In this document: piece by piece, positions 49,901 to 61,100 of the stretch
How the letters are laid out: every line of letters starts with the position of its first letter
How positions within the stretch are numbered: position 1 is the stretch's first letter
Source of the DNA: Balanoglossus misakiensis
Taxonomy: Eukaryota; Animalia; Hemichordata
Direction of reading: 5' to 3'
Assembly (NCBI GenBank): GCA_040954595.2
Contig: CM082578.2
Span: forward strand, 4,570,831 to 4,634,830
Length of the DNA: 64,000 bases
Translations under genes and position numbers: made by a program
Notes under the pieces: model-generated
The model's database searches: none
The model's input: only the letters and a program-made list of their open reading frames with translations
What the model was told of the DNA's origin: nothing

Positions 49901-52900
49901 GGATCCAGATTTCTTCAACCAAAAAGAACTTTTCACCCGGACCATAATGGGATGAGATCAAACTTTCAATATTATTTTTCAGCTCCTTGAGAGATGGGTA
50001 ATCGAAAAGTCAAACAAATAATAGGGGCTAGTGTACCGAATATATTAAAAGATATCATGTAACATTTCTTTTCTTTTTTTCGGGTGCACTTGCGTTATCA
50101 AATACCAAACAGTGCAACCTCTGCTTAACAGATACATTTATTACCAATCTCAACCCAGAACTTCCACATTTAATAAAAGAAACGAACTTGTGTCCCCCTG
50201 TCGACACAGACACAAAGCATTGTTACGCAACAATTAAATCTAGAAACTCCCCACACAACACATTCATATCACCAGCTACACATTGTTATGCAAAAATGCC
50301 CACCCCAACCTACATTCTACCACCTTTGTACCTGCATATAACCACGTCCTCCCCCTTGAGATTTCGCCAGTTTAGTCTCCTGATGAGTGAGTCCAGTGAC
50401 TCACGAAACAACGCTGTAGAAATTATACCGCCTTTCCTTTTTCCAACTACCCTTACTTTACATACATACACTTGTACATACATGTGCAGACATAACACGC
50501 ACACGCATAATTTCCTGTTCGGTTTTATGAAATGGTCATCAAGACCTGAAACGCCACAACAGGACGTAAAAAGTCTCAAAAGATACCGTACAACAACGAA
50601 GTTCCAACAGAGAAACGAAAGGTGCAAATCTCCACTTCAACTGCACTTGCAAGGTACATGTACTTTACGTACTACATGTATATGCATGTACATGTACATA
50701 CCTTCTACTTATTTTAACATACCAGTAGACCATCACTGTTCGTCATTCTAGCAGAATCGCTTGCAGGTTTGAACAAAAAAATCAATTGTGGGCTATGGAG
50801 GCCTGTAACAAACAGTAATCTAATGTCCCCAAATGTATACATGTAAGATGATCCTTACCTGTTTTTCTCCTCTCTTTCCGCTGAATTTTTCCCGCGACCA
50901 CTTCTTTGAAACTGCTCGCCTCCACCTCGTTGGCAAAATTGAGCGCAGCATGGCAGTCCTGAGCGAACGATGAAAAACATGCTGTCAGATCCTTGTTCAT
51001 GTGCAGTGTATGTTGGGTTAGTGAAATATGTACACTTTGACTGCGTCATCTAATCTCCGTCAGTTGATAGATTTCCAAAGAAAAGAAATCAGTAAGGTAC
51101 CACTTGTTAAGTAGGATTCGTTTCACTGTGTACCATGTTACAATTTGTTTCACTACGGCAAGACCCGCCTGAGAATATTTCACTAATACTTACATCAGTT
51201 GCAAACGTGTGGAAGAATGCCTTAGGTGCGTAATACCGGAACTGGTTATAAAGTTCTTGCTCCCATATTTGCTGTCTCTTCTGCATGACAAGAAGGCGAC
51301 AATATCAGAGATGTACAATGTACGGTCACAACAGGCTGTGTGCATTTTGGAAATGATTCAACACTGTTGTGAAACATTTTCCATTTCAAGAAAATGGTTT
51401 TGATTCCAGATCATGCAGTTATAATGATGTATATTATATTTATAAAGACACCACCTCTACTCATGATAATCCTGCCAACCAAGAACTTTTCTGTAAACGT
51501 AACTTTAAAATATCATAAAAATTAAGTAAAAACTACTTGATTGCCGCGATGTACACTTCTATAGAAGTGACACATTTTGCCTACTTTGCCTTGATATAAA
51601 CTTTTTCGTATGAGACCCCGACCCGCAGTCACAGACGAGCCGATCTCCACCTTTCAGACCACTATAAGATACTTATATCTTCTTTGTTTTATTTCAATCA
51701 TCAGTCTACGTGCATTATTTTCACGAACAGCAAAACTCCTTAGACACCCGGAAGGGTGAATGTGTGATAAATTTTGCAGACAACTTACACTTATATCATA
51801 TACCCGGATGTAGTAGGACCGATTTTGGTTGTCTTTGATAAAGCATGCCACACCACAGTACATCTTGGTCCATTTACTTGGTGACTGCGGCAACGCGAAG
51901 TATACTTGGACTATAGCAGTTGATAAACTCTGTAAAAAAGTGGAGCATGCGTTTTGCTTTAAAGGGGCAGTGGGTGTTGTATCACCCCAATATATAATAA
52001 TAACCCTATATGGTTATTACATATTGGGGTAATACAGGTGTAACTTTTGATGATAATTGCACTATTTTAGCTCTGTTCAACTACAACGGTATTTTGTTCT
52101 ACTCACCAAAGCAAGTGCCAAGGCTTGTAAAAGTGGCATGTTACTGTTGATAGTTGAATTTTCGTCTGGACTATAATTCACTACCAACAATAACATTGCT
52201 GGTAATGCATATACATGTATTGACTGTAGTGACAAGGTGACTACTTGGCATATCAACTTAATGTTTCGAGCATAAAAATAAACTGTAAGTGAAACAAGGA
52301 ACAGAAACGCTGAAAATGTTGACACACGCTACAGCCTCTGTACCGTAATCAATACTGATCAGACAACTCTGTTCGTCGCTCCTATTTTAAATGTACGTTA
52401 ATGTCAAAATGTTGACACATAAATAACCTTTAGCATAATCACAAACATGAGCAGTTTGGTTTATATGATGAAGTGGTGAAAAGGTTGCAAAGTCTGGTTA
52501 GTAAATTCTTCAAAAGACAAAATATAGCCATACTATAAACCACTCAACGCCACAGGCAGATTTTGGGGTCATGCCTATAAGACACAACTAAATAAAAACA
52601 ACCTCTGTTTGTTGTGTGGTCTGAAAAGCTGCTGGTTCAGGCTGATAGTAAGGTGATCTGAGTTGTGTTACGGTCTGACTCTATCCAGTGCATGGGACCG
52701 CTACTCCGCAGTCCTGTAGCACTGTTGAATTTATAATTTACTGACAATTCACAAAACTTCAGGAGGTGTAGTTTTAGAAAGAATGTCAATTGACGATGCG
52801 TAAACAATGACGTATAATTGTGTGTGTGCGCTGCGCTGAAAAATCATTAGGCCTTTATATAGCGCGATCAAGTATAGACATTGTTACATGCAGAAGTTTC

Positions 52901-53687
52901 AGGCTCTGCGATGCCACTGTGTACACAGAACAGCATACCTCGCAACACTAGGCTATAAATCATGCATGCAATGTTTGCTGGTGACTATGGTATAAATGGA
53001 CAATTACGCTGTCGCGGACGTAACCGCCCCTGCATACCACTTAAATCGATCACCATTTCCCACTCGAACATAACTGAAATGCATATACTTAGTAGCTGAT
53101 TCACACACTTAGAAAACAAGGCAAATATAAATCGGTGAGCGGCAGAGCCATGGCCAATGCCGTTCACGCTTTTCCCAGAGTAAGCAAAAAATGTCCGTAG
53201 GCAAACCGTCGAGAAGTAATAGGGCAAAAGGGCACCTGGTCAGGTGTGGACAAATGCGTTCTCTATGGGAGATTGTTCGGGTCAACCGAGGTCGTTTCTG
53301 CATACAGTGACAATGGCAGTCAAAGTACGCGTTCCTCTACTTAAGCCGTCTGTTCTGTTCTGTTCTTTATCAAGGTCATACTTTAGCTAACAACAGACGG
53401 GACTGCAGTCTTTTGACCCAAGAAATGGGTGGCATTTTATCTTTGTTATTAGGGCGCCCATAACGAGCGACGACGGAAGTATAAGTACTTGGATTCAAAC
53501 CGACTTCACGCGCACGCACCAATCATCCCCTGGGACGCACTGTCCTATCCGTATATTAAATCACATACAAGTAACTTACCACACATTTCTTGCCGAGGAT
53601 ATTGAAAAGCTGTTCGTTTTCTTGAGTCGTGAGAAGGCTTGAATGTGCGTTATGTGTTTCAGCGTTGGATTGTTGCATATTCGACAT
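26174..53687 (-). CDS. WASL: Wiskott-Aldrich syndrome protein family actin nucleation-promoting factor (N-WASP-like), 11 exons, ~518 aa
   Basis: Exons 53687-53580, 51929-51789, 51280-51194, 50958-50859, 31511-31404, 30698-30572, 30054-30012, 28981-28828, 27671-27139, 26545-26446, 26229-26174; all GT-AG and phase-consistent (1557 nt). Domains: WH1 (WEQELYNQF, FFHTF, LNFANE), basic region, CRIB (IGLPSEFRHVGHIGWD), polyproline, two WH2, C helix, acidic DDDDWDE*. The symbol marks the family; WAS vs WASL orthology is not resolvable here. Confidence 0.95.
28173..28480. mobile_element. TTAA-inserting palindromic MITE (Kolobok-like, 308 bp) in a WASP intron
   Basis: TIR AGGGACAAAGTCTCTCTC / GAGAGAGACTTTGTCCCT flanked by TTAA at 28169-28172 and 28481-28484; partial relatives at ~20400-20585 and ~54252-54410. 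Confidence 0.85.
31762..31988. repeat. Microsatellite (CATA)n-(CAGA)n
   Basis: Directly visible. Confidence 0.98.
32095..34220 (-). repeat. Cluster of family R copies in reverse orientation upstream of GPCR copy B
   Basis: 32095-32766 and 33135-34220 are reverse complements of pieces of 21897-22745 and 8050-8235; 33440-34220 also matches 41800-42570 directly. Confidence 0.8.
32787..33138 (+). mobile_element. Penelope-like element 3' remnant with a degenerate hammerhead (32964-33014)
   Basis: Starts ACCAAACAGTGCAACCT (TKQCNL). The motif AGTCTC-ATGATGA-GTGAGTC-CAGT-GACTCAC-GAAA-CAACGTTT-TA-GAGATT has C3 changed to A. The downstream part is the reverse complement of 19986-20110. Confidence 0.7.
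35370..39108 (+). CDS. Class-B (7tm_2; Methuselah/adhesion-like) GPCR with SMB domain, copy B (~1044 aa), nested antisense in WASP intron 4
   Basis: Exon 1 35370-36186, phase-1 intron 36187-36790 (GTAAG...ACAG), exon 2 36791-39108. Same domains as copy A; reading frame intact. Confidence 0.9.
39820..39880. mobile_element. Paralogous copy of the 61-bp hairpin mini-MITE
   Basis: TAGTCTGGTCCCCTGCCC...GGGCAGGGGACCAGACTA with flanks AGGATTAAG and ACGATTAAG. Confidence 0.85.
40518..40839. mobile_element. 322-bp double-hairpin insertion without TSD
   Basis: Absent at the paralogous site (~10421-10449 reads TTAGTC|GACTATA on the minus strand). Long palindrome at ~40526-40669 and a second inverted pair at ~40672-40692 / ~40816-40836. 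Confidence 0.75.
41255..41580 (+). mobile_element. Penelope-like retroelement 3' end with a hammerhead core (41545-41579)
   Basis: Encodes KANPYDSATKQCNLCLTDK and, after a frameshift, FNKRNELVSSCRHRHKALL, resembling the C-terminus of PLE endonuclease regions. Then AGTCTC-CTGATGA-GTGAGTC-CAAT-GACCCAC-GAAA, truncated before stem III. Confidence 0.75.
41690..42570 (-). repeat. Family R copy downstream of GPCR copy B
   Basis: Direct match to 33440-34220; reverse complement of 8150-8320 and 22130-22610. Confidence 0.8.
42641..47207 (+). repeat. Direct tandem duplication of a ~1.7-kb unit upstream of the pentraxin gene
   Basis: Units start AATGATTGAAGATATTTC at 42641 and 45533 and end ...AAACTTGCATAAA; unit 1 carries a 1.2-kb insertion. 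Confidence 0.9.
43333..44537. mobile_element. Non-autonomous CMC/EnSpm-like insertion
   Basis: Absent from the duplicate (46210-46230 reads ATGACCATAC|GTTTGCTAAA). Begins CACTCTAAAG and ends CACTTTAGA (right terminus degraded); many subterminal GTGTTCA/TGAACAC repeats. Confidence 0.6.
47289..48999 (+). CDS. Secreted pentraxin-domain (CRP/LamG-like) protein, nested antisense in WASP intron 4
   Basis: Main exon 48100-48735 carries the pentraxin signature WHHVCASWSS and LGQDQD...AFVGKL; terminal exon 48974-48999 joins in phase. Signal-peptide exon 47289-47339 (MAIVLKAVVLIAVAVCQ) and a candidate exon 47471-47548 both end in phase 0 while the main exon needs phase 1, so the 5' structure is unresolved. 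Confidence 0.75.
50103..50460 (+). mobile_element. Penelope-like retroelement 3' end
   Basis: Highly similar to 41288-41580 (TKQCNLCLTD...NKRNELV..CRHRHKALL); continues through a complete hammerhead motif. Confidence 0.75.
50374..50424 (+). ncRNA. Minimal type-I hammerhead ribozyme (best-preserved copy)
   Basis: AGTCTC | CTGATGA | GTGAGTC-CAGT-GACTCAC | GAAA | CAACGCTG | TA | GAAATT. Catalytic core intact, perfect 7-bp stem II, GUA triplet at 50416-50418; one mismatch each in stem I and in the palindromic stem III. Confidence 0.8.
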
Positions 53688-55881
53688 TTTGCTGCACCCA
53701 ACAGTCGTGCTACTTCCTTGTTCCTTGTTTATATAGTTCACCGGTGCTTTAAAAATAGACCCCGATGCACACGACGGACCATTGTGACGTATGACGTATT
53801 ACTTTCACCGGCGCCTATTTCAAATAGGCTTCTATAAGTCAAAATGTCGGTCACTCGTTCAGCAGAGAGGCAAGAATCGTACTGGTAATAACACCTAGCC
53901 GAATTATTGCCAAGATTCTTGACACTGTTATGGACCATTGTGCTGTTCTTGCAGTGGTTGAAATGTTTGTTTCCCGCCTGTTTATATAGTTATTTGTGAT
54001 GACTTCAACATACAACAGATTATACCACAGGCACAACGGTGAAGAATACACTAAAGCAGCTTATAATGTTCACAATAAAACAACACGAAAATAATATCTT
54101 TTGTAATTTACCACTGTTATCCCACTCACCACTGCCACAAAGGTGACATTCCTTCAACAAAATCGGGTTCTCCCACCTTAGCCGGGGAGCACACGCCTAG
54201 ATTAAGACCAGTAGAACACACGAGGCGCAATCCTGCTGCACCCTAAGCTCCTTAAAGCGACAAAGTCTCTCTCTCGCTGCCCTTTTCCCATTAATTATGT
54301 TTGATACAGGACACCATTTATGTCAATGTACACGTGGATATATAGTGAATCAACGTTCAACCACACACAATTTCCATCCCACTTGCAGACACGAGCGTAA
54401 AAAAACTCGGGTGTTTACCATTTAATCATTTATACATAATATATACATGTATCTCTCTCAAAATGTATAACATGGGTATTGGGGGTGTCAAATTTTACAA
54501 TCGTGGAGTGGAAAGAACGCAGTTTTGACGAGATGATCACCTTTCAAGTGACTGACCCACCCGAAATTCCATCGGTCGACTCTTTTCAGAATAACCGCAG
54601 CGATCAGAAACTGTCCATATCTGTTAAGTGCACCAGCTAAGCTCACTGACTAGTTTTTCTTAGAGATCACCGTTTACGAAGTTTATCCACATAGATTCTC
54701 TGACAATCCCTCTCACCGTGCGCCCTCAACGGGCGATCAATTTACATTTACTTTGTCACATACATACCGTGTTTGCCCCGAGATCCCTCCTTTATTACAG
54801 CAAGGCTTACATGTATTATATATGTCACACTAAATCTCAGTTATGTTCTCTGTCTTGAAGGTGTTCTACTTGGTGTCTGTATACTTCAGGGCAACATTTC
54901 AGACAAGTTAAGGCACACCAACAATTTTACTTATTACTAGAAAAATCGATAAAATGTTTTTTGTTTTTTTTTTGTTGTTGTTGTTTTTATATATAATACG
55001 TTTACGTGTATATGTCAATTGTTGTCCTCAATGGCAGCAAGAACCAACAGGATTTATATAAGTTTTATACTTCATTTTATTATTAATTGTATACATTTCC
55101 TTGTCCATTATTTCTCTGCAAACGTTTGTCTCTCAAACTTGTTATTCTGCAAATCATAAAATGTTATGATTAATTTATAGTTTTGATAACCAGAAGACTT
55201 ATTACTTTGTTCTATTTACTGTAATTGCTCCACTTGTTTTCTTGTTCGAAAATCAATGATCCTGTCTTGGATCATTAAAAAATATAGTATGTCATTATCC
55301 TGTCGTGTCATTTTTAGCATTTCCAGGAAAATTACAACAATAAAAGCCAATGGTCAATATCATGTCATAAGTTACAGTATCATGGCTCGTTTTACATGAA
55401 ATCAATTGAATAATCTTGTCACTTGCGGAATGGTCCGTACTATCACTTTTCACATACTTCCACGCGGTTTCCATGGCGATGCGTCTCGTAGAGCCTCGTT
55501 TTAACAGCTCCGAGTTCGTCACAGCCCTTGTTATCGCTATTCCATTGAACTGCTAATGTTTGGAGTGTATCGAAAATGTCATCACTGCCAAAACATGATG
55601 CAGTGAGCTAATATAAAATACACAACTTTGTTCGAATCTACTTTTGATATTTACTCTTAAGAGATTTGTTCAAAGTCACGTGACCGTAGATGTGTTCCTA
55701 TCGTAACGCTAACCACATTGGCCCACAGCATTATGTCAGAAATTCATCACAATGTATCGTGCAGTATACAATATGGCATTGTATAATGGTTTCTTCAAGG
55801 CTGCCATGGTCCCACAATGTATGTACGTATCGCGACACGGTCCGAGAATTTGTCTCTTTGCACTCGGCCCGGAATCATGGT

Positions 55882-58181
55882 TCATTCCTCGTACGGTGGC
55901 GGCGGTGTGATATCTGATGACGGAGTAGTCAGCCTACTCTGATATGGTGGCGGTAGGTCGGCCGACTCGTAATCCGGCGGCGACATGTTGTCATACGATG
56001 GCGGCGACCTTAGCAGTACGCAGCGAGTTGCGCCGGCCTCGCCAGCGCTGTGATCTACAAACACTTGCGTGCCGAATCCTTCACCCAGGTGCGGGTTTGG
56101 GTCCTGGCTTCCGTACGTTGGTGGAAAATCTTCTACAATCCTGGTATTCTCGGTAATTTCCCTGTCGTCAAACACCTCGTAGTGGTGTCTTGAGAAAGCC
56201 TCTGACGGAGAAACAACTGTGGAAAAAGAACAATGACACTGTACACTAAACGGTATGACATAAATTCCCTGTCTCATCTATGAATTCAGAGAGAACCATT
56301 TTGCTAGAAATAGACCGTTTAATACTTTTGGAAGACTGTTGAATTCACTTTAAGGTGGGTTGACACATACATCTCCGTCTTCCCGTCTTCTTACTACAGT
56401 TTTGTAGTGTCAGTGGGTACTACATACCATGAGCAAGCGTTTCAATCTTCGATCACCTTCATTTTAATAGACGACAATATTGAACACTCAACTTGCCTGC
56501 TTCCACATTTATGATATCCTCTTCGGAATTCTCCGGCATGTCGTCGTTGATCACCGAACCCTGGTTTGAACTCCTTCGAAGGACGACACAATAAAAACAA
56601 GCCGCGGCAGGCAATATGACAGTGGTAATCAGAACAGCCGGGACCGAGGCGAGAATGACGCCAACTGTGTCAGTGTTGGGAGTATCTGCCGAATCATTCC
56701 ACCAGTCTGCTTAGAAAAGAAACAGCGCCCGCATAAGTCAATATTTTGCTAGAATAGCATATGTGCAGTAATTTCACATCAGTTTCACAATGACCTCTTT
56801 GGTAGCACATAAATTCTTGATTTGAACCTGACTGCAAAGCTGCCATACCGCATTCGAGGTTTAGTTTTGAAAAGATAGAGGTATCAAGCATTGCGATATT
56901 TCGCCAATTAACATAATTATTTACATACTTTTAATATAGGGATGTGTATGGCGATAGAAGACTCTTATCATTAACTGTTGACGTACATACACTGTTGATA
57001 ATGAACCTTTGAATTAAGGAATACATGTATGGCAGTACTGCAAGATAATATTGATGAAATCCTTCATGTCCTTAGAGAGATATTGATCTTACGAAGATGC
57101 GATAGACCCGAGAGGCATTTAATTTAGCCGGTGATATTTAAGTATACGATGAACTTTTGGGAGTTGGGGTGTGTATCTAGAAATGTACTGCAGAGAGTTT
57201 GACTTCGCAGGGAAAAAACATGTTTTAAAAGATTTTTTTCGACTGCAGAGTGATTCTGCACACTCCAATCTCGAAATTTGCAAGTTTACTGCCAAAGGTC
57301 CGAAGCATGTTCAACGATATTAGGCCTACATCCACTGACAAGAAACCCGATCGATATCCTGTAAAAAATATTTCGACGGAAATTTATAGGGACCCAAGAC
57401 ATCCCCGAAACGTCATCCAAAATTCTTGTGAGCCTCTCGTGAACAACAAATATCCTCGACACCATCGCGCCCTCCTCTCGTCAATTCTGTCAAGGTCCCT
57501 AGTCGGTCGAAAAAAAATCATCATAATTTCCCACGGCGAATATCCACTCACAGAGTATTATGATGTTACACTGAGAGAGATGCATAACGCAGATAAAAAT
57601 TGGAGTAATTTGTGACAGCCTTAACCCAATGTCGACATGCACAGTTCGTATCCCATCAAGTATTTCATCTAAAGTACGTCATCCATTACTTTTCTCTTCC
57701 CGTGAGATTAATCAATTCATCATTCGGTATAGAGAGGTGGTGTAACGTTCACTTCAGTTTCCAGCGGCTTGTCTCGAAGACACATGGAAAGGTATGGATC
57801 ATTGCAATCAATTATCGAAGTCTTCTAGTTTCTCTACACTATTATTAGTTCCCCCCGAGTGAATTTCGTTCACCACGAAAAGTCAATAAATTCAATGTTT
57901 TCGATTTTTTTCATACCTTCTCTTGATTCGCAGGTTTTCCCAAAATACCCGTCGGTGCACTCGCATCTTGCCGTGTCTAGGCAACGGCCGCCGTGGAGAC
58001 AATCGTCGTCCGTTTCACAGTAGCGCTTGCATCCATCAAGCTCGGCAGTCTTGATGACTTGAGTGGCTGAGACTGCAGGCAACAAGGGAGTGATCAACAC
58101 GGCTATTAATAACATGTGATATAGGCGGAGGGTGGCGACCCGGCGGAGCGCGCGCGGGACTAGAACGCGCATACAAGACAT
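55882..58181 (-). CDS. Single-pass membrane protein: signal peptide, EGF-like domain, TM helix, cytoplasmic tail with five PPxY motifs
   Basis: Exon 58181-57917 (CETDDDCLHGGRCLDTARCECTDGYFGKTCE), exon 56706-56497 (TM VGVILASVPAVLITTVILPAAACFYCVVL-RR; GC donor GCAAGT) and exon 56216-55882 (PPTY, PPSY, PPDY, PPPY, PPPY). Both junctions are phase 1. Start codon choice is uncertain. Confidence 0.82.
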
Positions 58182-61100
58182 CGACTCTGTACCCACCGGT
58201 TTAATCGGTAACCATGGCAACCACGCTACCTTTCCCCGGCAGTTTCCTTCACGGTGTTATGTATGCGTATTATTCAATCACACTCGCAATTTTCTCATAC
58301 GCCAATAGCATACGGCAACCGTGTGTGACCTCGAAGCAATGTATACGTGCAACTCTGCCCGATATGAAGTTACAAAGCATGTTTATCCCACTGCCATGCC
58401 TGGAATCACATGAATACACTAAACTGAGCGTGACTCACCGACCGAAAGTGTCACTATAATTTAAGGCCGATCGCGAAATATGTCTGATCTGTGATTAAAG
58501 ATATGAAAATTGATCTGCAAGCCTATTATTCTATTTTAAGCGCATGGACTTCAATGTATACTTTTTCTGCATATCGGTATTGTTGTTTGTTTGTCTTTTT
58601 GTTGCATGTTCAAATGTCCCGTAAGTCAACATGGCCTGTGTATGCATAATGGTTGCTGTTACTCAATATACAATCACGGTCTCCAGAGCTGCCAAATTTC
58701 ACGTATTTTTTCCACAATAAATTACTTAAAATATACATTCCCTATCCTCTAGAATCATCACAATGTAGCCATATTACTTGTATTTGCATCAGTGTGTCTT
58801 CTCTTGGCGACGCATACCACGATAGCTGCCAACTGTTTGTATGGAGGCTGATTAAATGGGTGCGGCACCCGTTTAATATATAGCGTGTTAAAATTGCAAC
58901 ATACAACCACAATAGGGCGTCGATCAGATGTTCAAGTATAGCTATCAGTAAGCTGATTTAGATGGACTAATTTAAGCTGGAAAATAAAATCATGAAAATA
59001 ATGCAAAAAGTGGCAGCTCTAGAGGGCTTAACCTATGCAGTATGGTCTTCGTAAGCTGCTGGTCATTTCAAGATGCATTAGCAGATTCCGAAATGGGAAA
59101 TGTAGTTGACACACACAGAGAACAAAAAAACGGGGAAACGAGGTCATGGCTAATGGCCCTTTAAAGACCGACGTGCCTAATTCGCCAAGGGCTGTAAATC
59201 CGATAATGTCGACATTAAACATGCAAATCTGCCTTTGGTTAAACAATGCATGTATAATCTGCAACACAAATGAAAAACACGAAATGCGAATAAAACGACC
59301 TCAGCAGAACTGCGCACGTCGTTTTGTGGTGCCGTTCATTTTTCCACAAGTATTAGGCTACACTTTTGTGTACAATGGGCGAGTAGGACTTTTCAGTCTG
59401 AAACTTTTCATTATTTTCCTGTGGTTGAGATTATGACAAAATCAACACACGCCAGATTAATTTTGCAGGTAGAAGGACGTAAAATATGCCCAATTCACTC
59501 CATCCGAATGACAGAAATTCTACAGCTGAATCTACGGGATGTGTTGCCCTACTATACCCGATATATATTACTATACAATCAGTGAATTGCTACTACCCGC
59601 GCCCGATCTATTACTCCAATAAGTGTCTTGAAACGTTGCACTTATTGTTATTTATATTTCAACCACATGAATTTTTTAATCTTTTGGTTGATATTTCTCG
59701 AGACCACGAGGAAGTTTCTCGGCAGTACCATCACACACCGTCCACCAGAGAACTTGCATCACCGACTACCATAATCATCATCATCATCATCATCAATGAT
59801 CTCTGAAACACGAAGCCCTTCAGCGTGTGCGGCGACAGGCTAATGTTACCCGATATACAAAAAAGGGTTTGAATTAATGGAAGCCATGCAACACTACTAT
59901 GAGAAATGTCCTAATGAAAGACTTTACGAACCACGATCTCATTGATAACCGTCAGAATCGAAATGGATTCACTACAGGTGTATTGTGTTATACACATCTG
60001 CCGATTTTCCTTGTGTAACTATGGAAATTGATGAAGGAAATCCGGTTGATATTGCATATAGTTAGACTTCAGCCAGTGGCCCATGAAAGACTGTATGCAA
60101 CATCTAAAGGACAACATTGGTCTCTCAGTAAATGCAAAGATCCTGGAATACTAACAGCGTTGAACAGACACCACAGTAAAGACATTGACAATGCTTTGAA
60201 TGCCTTTATTATGATGATAGTAAACAGTGTAGACCTATACATGAAGTCTGTCTGCTACAGCGTTGTGATTCAGTTCATTCCCGGAAGGTTTAGAAGTGAG
60301 TGTGTTTTCGGTGTGACAAATTATTTCTCTGACTTTTGGATGTTATCGGAAAAAAAAACGACAGGGGTGTGATGACTCCTAATTCTGTTTTAAACCCTAA
60401 TTTCTCAAGTGATGTACTACATACGACTACAGTTACAGCAGCAATAAAGCCAACAAAACACACAGAAGGAATACAACGTTAAAATGGAACATTATAATCA
60501 CAGGGTTGTATAAGTCACCTGCCAGGTCAAATGTTTAACATGCAGTTCAATTCTTGAATCCATATCAAGTCATTGTTTAGCCACAGAAACTAGAGCGAAG
60601 CCAAATAATTACCCATCCTAAGGTTGCATTTATGCTACAGTGATATGATAGGCTGAAGGCGTGTAACTTGACAACCCCTGAGAAAAGAAGTCTCGTAGGG
60701 GATTTTACTCAGGTCTGCAGTATTACGAGGAATGGGTTTCGATCAAAAGAGCCGCGGAGAGTCTGTTTGTCGTTATCTTTCCTGTAGAACCGGAGACCGA
60801 TATTCATAAGCTTACCAAATCATCAGTTACATTTGACGATTTGACACGCGTTGCGCAGTGTCGTGTATCCAATTGCCGTGTGGCCCATTCTGGCTGTAGA
60901 GGGCGGCGTTTTCTTTACATGTCATAAGTTGATGGCAACTCAAAAATGCGTAATAATTCTCGTCGTATCCATGACACATAAGGTGGCGGGATAACGGTGA
61001 AATAAAATCATTGCTCTGAGAAAATACAATCTGTAAACAAAATCAAGCGGGGAAGGTGAAAAGAAACGGAACGTGGCGTACACTTTGTGACAGAACGACA

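Noticed and set aside
60816-61030. Exon-like segment on the minus strand with plausible splice sites
   Set aside because: The long frame stops before the donor and no recognisable homology was seen; it could be a UTR exon but cannot be supported.
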